Sequence record: MN342150
Reading direction: 5' to 3' (one strand)
Length of the DNA stretch: 64,000 nt
From: Escherichia phage vB_EcoM_3HA11
The translations under genes and the position numbers were made by a program. The notes under the pieces are model-generated. The model did not search any database and was not told the origin of the DNA. It saw nothing but the letters and a program-made list of their open reading frames with translations. Below, piece after piece: positions 18,303 through 27,925 of this stretch (its first letter is position 1; every line of letters starts with the position of its first letter).

Positions 18303-20198
18303 ATGGCAACTCAAAGCTTCAGCGTTGCGCCGTCCGTACAGTGGACTGAGCGTGATGCCACGCTTCAGACTTCTCCGTCCGTGGTTGTTCAGGGCGCGAC
18401 AGTCGGCAAATTTCAATGGGGTGAAGTCGAACTCCCAGTGCTGGTGACTGGTGGTGAGACGGGTTTGGTGAAGAAATTCTTCAAACCTAATGACAGCACT
18501 GCGACAGATTTCCTTGTGATTGCAGACTTTTTGTCTTACAGCTCTATGGCATGGGTCACTCGTGTTGTTGGTCCTCTGGCCAAGAACTCTGTCACCAAAG
18601 GCCAGACAGCCATCACGATCAAAAACAAGCTGGATTTTGAAACAGCAAGTCCGTCAGCGTCTATCACTTGGGCTGGTCGTTATCCAGGATCTCTGGGGAA
18701 TGACATCGCCATCAATGTTTGTGACTCCGCTGGATTCCCGACATGGGAATTCCGTAACAACTTTGCGTACGCACCTCAGTCTGGTGAATTCCATGTTGTG
18801 GTTGTAGACAAAGTTGGGCGCATTACTGACTCTGCTGGTGCGGTTGGTCAGGTTGACCGTATCTCTGTTTCTGGCACGGCAACCGCAGCTGGCACCATCA
18901 GTGTGGCGGGTGAAGATATCGCATATCTGGATACTGATACTCCGGCCACTTTGGCGACCAAAATTGGCGCGGCGCTGACGGCGCTGACAGATGTTTATTC
19001 TTCTGTCGTTGTTAAGTCTAACACTGTCATCGTGACCCATAAAGCCATTGGTCCCCAGACAGTTACTGCTATTGTTCCAGATGATAAGGGGCTGACTGCA
19101 ACCGCCGTGATTACCACTGTTGGCGCATCTGGTTCTATTATCGAAAAATACGAACTCATGCAGAACACACAGGGTTCCAAAAAGTCCGATGGCGCGAATG
19201 CGTACTTCAAAGATGTCATCAATGATACATCAAATTGGGTGTACACCTTCGCCACCGCTCTGGCCGCAGGTGTTGTTGAATTAGAAGGCGGCGTAGACGA
19301 CTACAATATCAACCGTGTCGCGGCTATCCAAGTTCTGAACAACGCCGAAGCATATGATGCGAAGCCAGTATTTGCATACTGTGAAGAGTTGATTGAACAA
19401 CAGGCATTAATCGACTTGTCTACCGAGCGAAAAGACACCGTTTCCTTCGTGTCGCCTTTGCGTGATACTGTGGTCGGCAACCGTGGCCGTGAGATGGACG
19501 ATGTGGTCGCTTGGCGTGAAAGTCTGGTGCGCGACTCCTCCTATTTCTTCATGGACGACAACTGGGCATACGTGTACGATAAATACAACGATAAGATGCG
19601 CTGGATCCCTGCTTGCGGCGGTACAGCGGGTGTTTGGGCACGTAGTATTGAAATCGCGGGTATCTACAAATCTCCTGCGTTCCACAACCGTGGCAAATAC
19701 AACAACTACAATCGAATGGCGTGGTCTGCGTCTTCCGATGAACGTGCCGTGTTGTACCGCAACCAGATTAACAGCATCGTGACCTTCTCCAATGAAGGTA
19801 TCGTGTTGTATGGTGACAAAACTGGCCTGACTCGTCCGTCTGCTTTCGATCGTATCAATGTTCGCGGTCTGTTTATTATGGCAGAACAGAACATCGCTGC
19901 AATCGCCAAATATTACCTTGGTGAGAACAATGATGCGTTCACTCGCAGCCTGTTCAGCAACGCTGTTCGTCCTTATATTCGCCAACTGGCAAATATGGGT
20001 GCGATCTACGATGGTAAAGTCAAGTGTGACGAAGATAACAACACTGCTGATGTTATCGCAGCCAACACCATGGTTGCAGGCATTTGGTTGAAGCCTGAGT
20101 ACAGCATTAATTGGGTATATTTGGATTTTGCTGCAGTTCGACCAGATATGGAATTCTCCGAGATCGAATCAGGCGGCGGCATCGTTGCTGCATCCTAA
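18303..20198 (+). CDS. Tail sheath protein (gp18-like)
   Basis: 631 aa from ATG after GAGAAGGA; position between terminase and tail tube; size close to T4 gp18. Confidence 0.75.
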   Translation: MATQSFSVAPSVQWTERDATLQTSPSVVVQGATVGKFQWGEVELPVLVTGGETGLVKKFFKPNDSTATDFLVIADFLSYSSMAWVTRVVGPLAKNSVTKGQTAITIKNKLDFETASPSASITWAGRYPGSLGNDIAINVCDSAGFPTWEFRNNFAYAPQSGEFHVVVVDKVGRITDSAGAVGQVDRISVSGTATAAGTISVAGEDIAYLDTDTPATLATKIGAALTALTDVYSSVVVKSNTVIVTHKAIGPQTVTAIVPDDKGLTATAVITTVGASGSIIEKYELMQNTQGSKKSDGANAYFKDVINDTSNWVYTFATALAAGVVELEGGVDDYNINRVAAIQVLNNAEAYDAKPVFAYCEELIEQQALIDLSTERKDTVSFVSPLRDTVVGNRGREMDDVVAWRESLVRDSSYFFMDDNWAYVYDKYNDKMRWIPACGGTAGVWARSIEIAGIYKSPAFHNRGKYNNYNRMAWSASSDERAVLYRNQINSIVTFSNEGIVLYGDKTGLTRPSAFDRINVRGLFIMAEQNIAAIAKYYLGENNDAFTRSLFSNAVRPYIRQLANMGAIYDGKVKCDEDNNTADVIAANTMVAGIWLKPEYSINWVYLDFAAVRPDMEFSEIESGGGIVAAS

Positions 20199-20206
20199 GA
20201 CAACAA

Positions 20207-20230
20207 CCCCGCTTCGGCGGGGTTTTTATT
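20207..20230. terminator. Rho-independent terminator (ccccgc-ttcg-gcgggg + tttttatttcc)
   Basis: Perfect 6-bp GC stem with T-tract; between convergent sheath gene and - strand endonuclease gene. Confidence 0.7.
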
Positions 20231-21014
20231 TCCTACTGATATGCCATCCTGTGGTATTTGTTCTCTTCAATGAAGATTTCCTGTAAGGTTTAGGGATGGG
20301 ATTCTGCATCCTTCCAGCTAATGCCATGTTGAAAGATTCTATACACAAACATTGTTCTTGACAAAATTTGTTTAGATTCTTGATTTCATATTCTTCACCA
20401 GCTGGTGAAAGAAGTGTAAACCATCTCCCGAGAGATCGATTTATTTTCTCTTGAAATTCAGGATTCATACGCACTTTGTTCATAGCGATACGAAGATTTT
20501 CTTTACATTTTGGATTCTCGTATGCCTTTGTAATTCGCCGGGATTGCAATTCTTTCTTTTCTTCTGTCCACACGACCGCTTGGGATTGGGACATTTTTGT
20601 TTTACTTTCTTCTTTATGTACTAAACCGTATTGTTTTGCCACAAACAAAACATTCCAACCAGCATCATTAACTGGTTTCATTCCGATGAATTCCCTGCTT
20701 TCTATATCATATGCTGCGGCCATACCAGATATGTCTATCTGACCGCCACGGCTGATATTCAGCCCACCTTCAGAGATATGAGTCTTATGCAATTTTATGA
20801 GTTCAATTTCGTTAGAGTTTAGGTCATCGACATGGCATTCCAGCAATATTTCTTGGCTGGTAATTCCATACTTTCGGATATAGTTGTAGAGGATAGTTTT
20901 ATTCCCTCTTCTTGCTTCACCCAAATGTTCATTTACTCGATACTCAACGCCGTTTCTAGTTTGTCCGATATACTTCTTTTTACCGACGGTTAACATGTAG
21001 ATATGACCGATCAT
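20226..21014 (-). CDS. GIY-YIG homing endonuclease
   Basis: N-terminus MIGHIYMLTVGKKKYIGQT..RVNEH matches GIY-YIG motif; start at ATG preceded by GGAGGTG on the - strand. Confidence 0.75.
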   Translation of the reverse strand: MIGHIYMLTVGKKKYIGQTRNGVEYRVNEHLGEARRGNKTILYNYIRKYGITSQEILLECHVDDLNSNEIELIKLHKTHISEGGLNISRGGQIDISGMAAAYDIESREFIGMKPVNDAGWNVLFVAKQYGLVHKEESKTKMSQSQAVVWTEEKKELQSRRITKAYENPKCKENLRIAMNKVRMNPEFQEKINRSLGRWFTLLSPAGEEYEIKNLNKFCQEQCLCIESFNMALAGRMQNPIPKPYRKSSLKRTNTTGWHISRK

Positions 21015-21055
21015 ATAACACCTCCAAGAGCATAATACCCCGAAATTGTTCAACA

Positions 21056-21063
21056 CTAAATAA
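21056..21063 (+). promoter_or_regulatory. Late-promoter-like box CTAAATAA
   Basis: 18 nt upstream of the + strand endonuclease gene. Confidence 0.3.
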
Positions 21064-21081
21064 AATAGAGGTGAATTTGAA

Positions 21082-21540
21082 ATGATATACGCATACAAAA
21101 TTGAAATGGTTTGTAATGGAAAGGTCTACATCGGTGTGACCAATGACCCACAACGAAGATATGATCAGCATTTTGCGAATGCCTTTCATTATGGAGTCCA
21201 AAGTGAATTGTATGACGCCATGCGTAAGTATGGAACATCTGGATTTACTTTCGTTGTAATTGCTCAGACCGATGAAGTCCATAAATGGGAATTAGAGAAG
21301 CAACTCATCGCTCAATATAATTCTTATGAGATGGGTTACAACATGAATAAAGGCGGTAATGATGGAAGTCATATGCTGGGTAAAACTGCAGCAAAATTGA
21401 CATCCACAGGTGAACACATTGGTCTTGTTTCTCTCATAGATCCCCGTTGGGAATTGTGTGAAATCGAACCTGTTTCAAGTAATGTTCACCATGGTTTCGA
21501 TCTTTCTTCTATGAAGATTAAAAGATTGACGACTAATTAG
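21082..21540 (+). CDS. GIY-YIG homing endonuclease (short, Seg-like)
   Basis: MIYAYKIE..GKVYIGVT..RRYDQH GIY-YIG motif; RBS GAGGTG. Confidence 0.75.
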   Translation: MIYAYKIEMVCNGKVYIGVTNDPQRRYDQHFANAFHYGVQSELYDAMRKYGTSGFTFVVIAQTDEVHKWELEKQLIAQYNSYEMGYNMNKGGNDGSHMLGKTAAKLTSTGEHIGLVSLIDPRWELCEIEPVSSNVHHGFDLSSMKIKRLTTN

Positions 21541-21570
21541 AATTGTGTACTCTTATTTGGAGATATAAAA

Positions 21571-22104
21571 ATGGCGACAGTCAATGAGTTTCGCGCAGCC
21601 ATGTCACGAGGGGGCGGCGTACAACGCCAACACCGCTGGCGTGTGACTGTAAACTTTCCTTCTTTTGTTGCTGGTTCCGACACAATTCGCGACGTGTCAT
21701 TGCTGGCTGTAACTACCAACACCCCGACAGGTCAGCTGGGTGAAATTCTGGTGCCCTGGGGTGGTCGTGAACTTCCATTCCCAGGCGACCGTCGTTTCGA
21801 AGCACTGCCTGTAACATTCATTAACGTTGTGAACAACGCGCCGTACAACGCATTTGAAGTGTGGCAGCAATTCATCAATGGTAGTGAAAACAACCGCGCC
21901 AGCGCGAATCCAGATGATTATTTCCGTGATATCATCATGGAGCTTCTGGATGCGAATGACAATGTCACCAAGACATGGACTTTGCAGGGTGGCTGGCCTC
22001 AAAACCTCGGCCAATTGGAACTCGATATGTCTGCGATGGACTCTTATACACAGTTCACCGTCGATCTGCGTTATTTCCAAGCCGTGTCAGACAAATCTTT
22101 ATAA
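21571..22104 (+). CDS. Tail tube protein (gp19-like)
   Basis: 177 aa; C-terminal segment GGWPQNLGQLELDMSAMDSYTQFTVDLRYFQ resembles recalled T4 gp19 GLWPTNVGELQLDWDSNNEIQTFEVTLALDYW. Confidence 0.8.
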   Translation: MATVNEFRAAMSRGGGVQRQHRWRVTVNFPSFVAGSDTIRDVSLLAVTTNTPTGQLGEILVPWGGRELPFPGDRRFEALPVTFINVVNNAPYNAFEVWQQFINGSENNRASANPDDYFRDIIMELLDANDNVTKTWTLQGGWPQNLGQLELDMSAMDSYTQFTVDLRYFQAVSDKSL

Positions 22105-22171
22105 TGTCCTCGGTGCTGGGGGAATCATATTCCCCCTCACTAATTACAAGAAAATGTTGAGGACTTAGATC

Positions 22172-23854
22172 ATGGCTGGATACGGCAGAGGGTTCTTCGG
22201 TTTGTTTGGCGGCGGCGGTTTGGTGAACGCTAAAGTCGACACCGATAAGTTAGCCCAAAAACAAGATGAACGGTTGCTAACCAAAGCGACAGTTGTTGCT
22301 CTGGACGACGCTCAAGACGGTTCTATAATCCTTCAGGGTGGTGCGAACACCTACAACTATGTTGGCGTTGAAAGTGAACTTCTCAGCGTTAAAACAGTTG
22401 TGGAAGAATATCAGTCCATGGCTCAACAGCCTGAAATTCGCAAAGCGGTGGACATTATTGTCAATGATGTTGTCACCTGTGAGGAAGATGAAACTCCAGT
22501 GACAGTAAACCTTGACAAAGTTGAAGGGATATCTGATACTGTTAAAGAATCTATCACTGAATGCTTCAAAGAAGTTATGCACTTGATGGACTTTGACAAT
22601 ACGGCATATCAGAAGATCCGGAAATGGTATGTTGACGGTCGACAAGCATATCATGTCATCGTTGATCCCACGAATAAAAAAGGCGGGATCAAGAAATTAG
22701 TTATGCTTGATTCTCGTTGCATTCGTCCTGTCTATATCGTTGAGAAGGCGATGCGTGAAGGCGGTATTGAAGCAATAGAATCCGTAACATTGAAGTATTA
22801 TTACAACCCGAATTATAATCGAAACCAATTCACTGGCCAATCTGGTACTTCCCAGAACTTCCAGCCTTCACAGCAAGAACTCGTATTCGATGACGAAAGC
22901 ATTGTTTACATCGATAGTGGTGAAGAGCCATTGGCCAATGGTATTGTCCCAGGCCTTTTAAATCCTGCTATCCGTCCGTTGAACAACCTGGTTACGACTG
23001 AAGATGCGACTGTAATTTATGCCATCACTCGCGCCCCTGAGAAACGCGCATTCTATCTTGACGTCGGTACTCTCGGTAAGAAATCTGCTGAAGAATACAT
23101 GACCATGATGATGGGTAAATTCAAAAACCGCAACGCATATGACCGCACCACTGGTAAGATAACAGGTAATGCCCATCTTATGGGTATTGCAGAGGATTAT
23201 TGGTTGCCGCGCCGCGAAGGTCAGAATGCTACAGAGATCGCGACTGTTGGGGGTGGGAATCAATTGGGTGAAATGGATCACGTGAACTATTTCCGTGAAA
23301 AACTCTATGATGCTCTAATGATCCCTAAGAGCCGCCTCCAAGAGGAAGGATCTATTAACATTGGGGGTTCTAACCTTGCGGAGATTACACAGGAAGAGCT
23401 GCGTTTCAGCAAGTTCTGTGCTGGGTTACGTCGTCGTTACTCCCATTTCTTTATGGAGTTTTTACGTCGCCAATTAATTTTGAAAGGCGTGACTGACGAA
23501 AAAGATTGGAATGAAAAAATCAAGCCGTTTATTAAGTTTGAATTCACTTCTGATAGCTATATTCGTGAGCAACAAGAAAACGCCATATTAAATGATCGCC
23601 TGGCTTCTCTGAACACTGTTGAGCCTTTTGTTGGTTCTATATTCTCCATCGATTATGTCATGCGGAATGTTCTGCGTATGTCAGACGAAGAAGTTAAAGA
23701 ACAACAGGCTAAGATCGCGGAAGAGAAGAAGAAAGGTCTCTATCCGAAGGTTCAAGCAGATGAAACTGGCAATTATAGTGGTTCAGATGTTAGTCCGTTG
23801 AAGTTTAAACCTGAGACTCTCCCATTCTCCGGTTCAACAGACGATAGTATTTAA
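22172..23854 (+). CDS. Portal vertex protein (gp20-like)
   Basis: 560 aa; segments IYAITRAPEKRAFYLDVG, EDYWLPRREGQNATE and C-terminal MSDEEVKEQQAKIAEE resemble recalled T4 gp20. Confidence 0.85.
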   Translation: MAGYGRGFFGLFGGGGLVNAKVDTDKLAQKQDERLLTKATVVALDDAQDGSIILQGGANTYNYVGVESELLSVKTVVEEYQSMAQQPEIRKAVDIIVNDVVTCEEDETPVTVNLDKVEGISDTVKESITECFKEVMHLMDFDNTAYQKIRKWYVDGRQAYHVIVDPTNKKGGIKKLVMLDSRCIRPVYIVEKAMREGGIEAIESVTLKYYYNPNYNRNQFTGQSGTSQNFQPSQQELVFDDESIVYIDSGEEPLANGIVPGLLNPAIRPLNNLVTTEDATVIYAITRAPEKRAFYLDVGTLGKKSAEEYMTMMMGKFKNRNAYDRTTGKITGNAHLMGIAEDYWLPRREGQNATEIATVGGGNQLGEMDHVNYFREKLYDALMIPKSRLQEEGSINIGGSNLAEITQEELRFSKFCAGLRRRYSHFFMEFLRRQLILKGVTDEKDWNEKIKPFIKFEFTSDSYIREQQENAILNDRLASLNTVEPFVGSIFSIDYVMRNVLRMSDEEVKEQQAKIAEEKKKGLYPKVQADETGNYSGSDVSPLKFKPETLPFSGSTDDSI

Positions 23855-23861
23855 AGTTCAA

Positions 23862-23869
23862 CTAAATAT
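23862..23869 (+). promoter_or_regulatory. Late-promoter-like box CTAAATAT
   Basis: 27 nt upstream of the ATG at 23896. Confidence 0.4.
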
Positions 23870-23895
23870 AGAAAATTAATTCGGAGATCAAAATC

Positions 23896-24066
23896 ATGAG
23901 CGCAATTGATATCGTTCGTGCAGTAATTGACGGTGACACTGAAACTGCTGTTGCAGAATGCAACATGGAACTTGATGCACGTAGTCAAGAACTATTGAAC
24001 CAAGGCACAGCATATGTTCTGGATTCTATCGCAGCCGATATGAATTCAAACAACAACGGCCAGTAA
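23896..24066 (+). CDS. Small prohead core protein candidate (position of T4 gene 67)
   Basis: 56-aa ORF (below the ORF-track cutoff) between portal and protease genes; acidic; assignment by position only. Confidence 0.3.
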   Translation: MSAIDIVRAVIDGDTETAVAECNMELDARSQELLNQGTAYVLDSIAADMNSNNNGQ

Positions 24067-24074
24067 GGAGATGC

Positions 24075-24392
24075 ATGATGGAAATCACAGAGATCGCCAC
24101 GTTCGCTGATTTCCTGGCCTCTCGTATGGACGAGCAGCGAGTCATCGATAAAGTGAACGCTCGTGGTAAACGCCGCCGCCGCTTGAAATGTGCCCCTGGG
24201 TTCAAATTGTCGGCTGATGGTTCACGTTGTGAAGTTATGGACGCCAGCGAACGTCGTGTTCGCAAGATCGGCAACCGCAAAGCCCTCCGCTCTAAAAAGC
24301 GTATGGGAATGGGCTATCAACGTAAAATCGAGCGCCGCAAGAAAAAGGCTATGAAGTTCCGCAAAATGATGGGACTGAGTAAGAACAAGTAA
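24075..24392 (+). CDS. Basic prohead core / internal head protein candidate (position of T4 gene 68)
   Basis: 105 aa, Arg/Lys-rich C-terminal half (KRRRRLK, RKKKAMKFRK); between portal and prohead protease. Confidence 0.4.
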   Translation: MMEITEIATFADFLASRMDEQRVIDKVNARGKRRRRLKCAPGFKLSADGSRCEVMDASERRVRKIGNRKALRSKKRMGMGYQRKIERRKKKAMKFRKMMGLSKNK

Positions 24393-24399
24393 GGAGTTT

Positions 24400-25068
24400 A
24401 TGATGAAACTGTTGCGTGAGATCACAGCGATAGGGAAGGATCTTCAAATCGGTGAGGCCACAACCTCAACTGGTGGGAAGGCCATGTTCATCGAAGGTCC
24501 GTTTGTGATGTGTAACCAAGTCAACCGTAACGGGCGTAACTATGATCTGCAGAAAGTGGGTATTCCTGCTGTCGAAGCATACGACAAAGAGTATATCCAA
24601 GATCGTCGCGCAATCGGTGAAGTCACACATCCTGACTATCCTTTCCCTAATTTAGTGGAAGCTGCGCTCAAAACCGAATCCCTTCGCTGGGAAGGCACTA
24701 ATGCCATCGGTCGGGCGCGAATTTTAAACACACCAAAAGGCCAAATCATCCGTGCATTGGCCGAAGCAGACTTCAATCTGGCCGTATCTACTCGTGGCCT
24801 GGGTGAGACTAAGTCGGTAAGCGGTTATGATGATGTTCAGCCTGGCTTTATGCTTACCGCCGTTGACGCAGTTGACCGTCCTTCTGGACAAGTTTGTTAT
24901 GTTAAGGCTGTGAGTGAATCTGTTGAATGGCAGCTGGACGAGGCTTCGGGTATTTGGATGCCTCGTGATGTTAAAGGGAAAGTTGTAGACCAGTTGGTGA
25001 AAGCCAATATCCAGGTTGAAGACGATTTCCTGCGCCGCCTTGATGCAGCATTGAATCATCTGGGCTGA
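24400..25068 (+). CDS. Prohead core protease (gp21-like)
   Basis: 222 aa, size and position as T4 gp21 directly upstream of scaffold and major capsid genes. Confidence 0.6.
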   Translation: MMKLLREITAIGKDLQIGEATTSTGGKAMFIEGPFVMCNQVNRNGRNYDLQKVGIPAVEAYDKEYIQDRRAIGEVTHPDYPFPNLVEAALKTESLRWEGTNAIGRARILNTPKGQIIRALAEADFNLAVSTRGLGETKSVSGYDDVQPGFMLTAVDAVDRPSGQVCYVKAVSESVEWQLDEASGIWMPRDVKGKVVDQLVKANIQVEDDFLRRLDAALNHLG

Positions 25069-25079
25069 ATTTCAGCTCA

Positions 25080-25087
25080 CTAAATAC
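25080..25087 (+). promoter_or_regulatory. Late-promoter-like box CTAAATAC
   Basis: 28 nt upstream of the scaffold gene ATG at 25115. Confidence 0.4.
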
Positions 25088-25114
25088 TGAAAAATCGTTC
25101 AGAAGGAAACTATC

Positions 25115-25954
25115 ATGAAACCTGAATTGCAAAATCTGTTTGAAGGCGTTAACGGCATCAGCCCAGATTTCCTGGATAAAGTATCCAATTTGCTGGAATC
25201 GAAAGTTGAAGCGGCTCGTCTGAAAGCTATCCAAGAAACCGAAGCAGCTGGCAACGTCGAGCGCCTGAATCTGGTAGAATCTCACCAGAAAGAAATCGCC
25301 GACCTGAAAGAAAATTTCATTCTGCAATTGGCTGGGAAAGTTGACTCATTCCTCAACGCGGTGGTTGAAGAATGGGCTAACAAAAATGCCCCAGCTATTG
25401 ACGCTCAGATCAAAACTGAAGCTGCTGAACGCTTCCTTACTGGTTTCTCCAACGTGCTGAAAGAAGCAGGTGTGAGTTTCGCTACTGACCCAGACGGTCA
25501 GATTGCCGCCCTCACCAGTCGCCTTGCTGAAGCAGAACAACGCGCCAACATGGCTAATACAGAGTTGAGCCAACTCAAAGAAAGCGAGACTAAACGCCAG
25601 CGCACCGACGTAATTGATCGCATTTGTGAAGGCATGGTTGACACCAAGAAAGACACTGTTGTCAACCTGCTGGAAGGTATTGAATTCCAGACCGAGTCTG
25701 AATTCGAATCGCGTGTTCGCACCTTCCGTAATCTGGTAGAAGGTAAAGATGACTTCTCTGACAAAGTCGGTAAAGACAATGAAAAGGGTAAGCCGGATGG
25801 CGACAAGGCTGAAAAAGACATCAAAGAAGGTAAGAAACAGAAAAAAGAAGGTGATGATGTTGACGACGACAAAGACGACGACGACAAAGACGAAGTTGGC
25901 AAAGAAGTCAACGAAGCCGTCCGTCGCCAGATCAGCGCCATTCTGAACGGCTAA
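25115..25954 (+). CDS. Prohead scaffolding protein (gp22-like)
   Basis: 279 aa, helical, strongly acidic C-terminus (DDVDDDKDDDDKDE); position before major capsid gene. Confidence 0.6.
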   Translation: MKPELQNLFEGVNGISPDFLDKVSNLLESKVEAARLKAIQETEAAGNVERLNLVESHQKEIADLKENFILQLAGKVDSFLNAVVEEWANKNAPAIDAQIKTEAAERFLTGFSNVLKEAGVSFATDPDGQIAALTSRLAEAEQRANMANTELSQLKESETKRQRTDVIDRICEGMVDTKKDTVVNLLEGIEFQTESEFESRVRTFRNLVEGKDDFSDKVGKDNEKGKPDGDKAEKDIKEGKKQKKEGDDVDDDKDDDDKDEVGKEVNEAVRRQISAILNG

Positions 25955-26045
25955 TTTTAGCAGCCACAGCCCTCGAAAGGGGGCTTGATTTTGAACTACT
26001 AAGTAATTTCAACTTAACTGAATATCAATGTAAGGAACGAGCATC

Positions 26046-27368
26046 ATGACTAAGAAACTTGTAACCGAAGAAATGCGCAAACAGTGGCTGCCAGTTCTCC
26101 AAAAAGAATCTGAAGCCATCCAACCTCTGTCTGCCGAAAACGTAACCATCCGTCTGATGCAAAACCAGGCCGAGTGGAACGCTAAAAACCTGGGCGAATC
26201 CGACGCTCCTGGTTCTGTAAACAGCACTGTCGGTAAATGGCAGCCAGTCCTGATCGACATGGCAAAACGTCTGGCGCCGATCAACATCGCAATGGACTTC
26301 TTCGGCGTTCAGCCGCTGTCTGGTCCTGATGGTCAGATCTTCGCACTGCGTGCTCGCCAAGGCGTTGGTGACGGTTCTACTACCGCTCAGGCGCGTAAAG
26401 AACTGTTCATGAACGAAGCCGATTCCGGCTACTCTGGTGATGGCACTGTACAGGCTGGTGACCCGTCAGGCTTCAGTCAGGCTGAGATCGAAGGTTCCGG
26501 CTCTGTCGTGACCACTATCGGTAAAGGTATGCCGTCAACCGACGCGGAACTGCTGGGTACTACCACCAATCCGTGGGCGCGTGTTGGTATTACCGTTCAG
26601 AAAGCGACCGTTACTGCCAAGTCTCGCGGCCTGTATGCTGATTACAGCCATGAACTGCGTCAGGATATGATGGCAATTCACGGCGAAGACGTGGACAATA
26701 TCCTGTCTGACGTGATGGTAACTGAAATTCAGGCGGAAATGAACCGTGAATTCATCCGCACCATGAACTTCAGTGCTGTTCGTTTCAAAAAATTCGGCAC
26801 CAACGGTGTTGTTGATATCGCGCAGGACATCTCCGGTCGTTGGGCGCTGGAAAAATGGAAATTCCTGACTTTCATGCTGGAAGTCGAAGCGAATGGTATC
26901 GGCGTTGACACCCGTCGTGGTAAAGGCAACCGTGTTCTGTGTTCTCCGAACGTGGCGTCTGCTCTGGCGATGTCCGGCATGCTGGACTATGCTCCGGTTC
27001 TGCAGGAAAACACCAAACTGGCTGTTGACCCGACTGGTCAGACCTTCGCGGGTGTTCTGTCCAACGGTATGCGCGTCTATGTTGACCCGTATGCTGTAGC
27101 AGAATATATCACCCTGGCGTACAAAGGCGCGACTGCGCTGGATGCTGGTATCTTCTTCGCACCGTATGTGCCGCTGGAAATGTACCGCACCCAGGGTGAA
27201 ACCACCTTCGCTCCGCGTATGGCGTTCAAAACCCGTTACGGCATCTGTGCTAACCCGTTCGTTCAGATTCCGGCTAACCAAGACCCGCAGGTTTACGTGA
27301 CTGCTGACGGTATTGCTCAAGACAGCAACCCATACTTCCGTAAAGGTCTCATCAAATCTCTGTTCTAA
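26046..27368 (+). CDS. Major capsid protein (gp23-like)
   Basis: 440 aa; segment MDFFGVQPLSGPDGQIFALRA resembles recalled T4 gp23 FDICGVQPMNSPTGQVFALRA; followed by strong terminator. Confidence 0.85.
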   Translation: MTKKLVTEEMRKQWLPVLQKESEAIQPLSAENVTIRLMQNQAEWNAKNLGESDAPGSVNSTVGKWQPVLIDMAKRLAPINIAMDFFGVQPLSGPDGQIFALRARQGVGDGSTTAQARKELFMNEADSGYSGDGTVQAGDPSGFSQAEIEGSGSVVTTIGKGMPSTDAELLGTTTNPWARVGITVQKATVTAKSRGLYADYSHELRQDMMAIHGEDVDNILSDVMVTEIQAEMNREFIRTMNFSAVRFKKFGTNGVVDIAQDISGRWALEKWKFLTFMLEVEANGIGVDTRRGKGNRVLCSPNVASALAMSGMLDYAPVLQENTKLAVDPTGQTFAGVLSNGMRVYVDPYAVAEYITLAYKGATALDAGIFFAPYVPLEMYRTQGETTFAPRMAFKTRYGICANPFVQIPANQDPQVYVTADGIAQDSNPYFRKGLIKSLF

Positions 27369-27390
27369 TCAACAGATTTTGATAAACAAA

Positions 27391-27416
27391 CCCCGCCATG
27401 TGCGGGGTTTTTCTTT
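27391..27416 (+). terminator. Rho-independent terminator (ccccgc-catgt-gcgggg + tttttcttt)
   Basis: Perfect GC stem and T-tract 23 nt after capsid gene stop. Confidence 0.75.
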
Positions 27417-27462
27417 ATAGGGATTCACTATAAGACCGCTAATAGTTTTCAATAAGTGGGCA

Positions 27463-27699
27463 ATGAACGATCATTACCTAACTTTCACAACTGGAACGCT
27501 ACTCATGGCTAAAGAAACTCTGACTAAAGAAAACTCTAACTTCGCAGAATGGCATGCAGAATTAGAGCGTGTCGCTCGTTCTCAACATGGCTCTGCCGCC
27601 GATGCTATGGCGTGGCATGAAGATTATGAGTCTGGCAAAACCCCGCGTCAGGCTTGGGAAGATGAATGGGGGTGGAATGATGCAGACTCTAATTCGTAA
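27463..27699 (+). CDS. Hypothetical protein (Trp/acidic-rich)
   Basis: ORF only; start uncertain. Confidence 0.3.
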   Translation: MNDHYLTFTTGTLLMAKETLTKENSNFAEWHAELERVARSQHGSAADAMAWHEDYESGKTPRQAWEDEWGWNDADSNS

Positions 27700-27910
27700 G
27701 ATATATCTGGATAAGAACTATTTGGAATCCAAAATCGAAGTTTTCTCGGCTCAAAAAATAATTGAAGACGGTGAAACGAGATATTATCTGAAACCTGACC
27801 TTTATCTTCCAGGAAGTAGTTTGAATCGCGATATAATTCAGTCGGACGGTATTACTGTTCGTTGGGAAATGGCGTCACAGGAAGACAACTGTCATAGCAT
27901 AACACTTTGA
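27677..27910 (+). CDS. Hypothetical protein
   Basis: ATG after GGGGGTGGA; overlaps previous ORF by 23 nt. Confidence 0.3.
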   Translation: MMQTLIRKIYLDKNYLESKIEVFSAQKIIEDGETRYYLKPDLYLPGSSLNRDIIQSDGITVRWEMASQEDNCHSITL

Positions 27911-27925
27911 AGAGAGATCTATATT

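Noticed and set aside
19407-19985. 192-aa - strand ORF inside the tail sheath gene
   Set aside because: Antisense to a core structural gene; no start context
25498-25941. 147-aa Ser/Leu-rich - strand ORF inside the scaffold gene
   Set aside because: Low-complexity antisense reading of the acidic repetitive scaffold C-terminus
26535-27320. 261-aa - strand ORF inside the major capsid gene
   Set aside because: Antisense to the gp23-like gene; His/Arg/Val-rich composition typical of antisense translation
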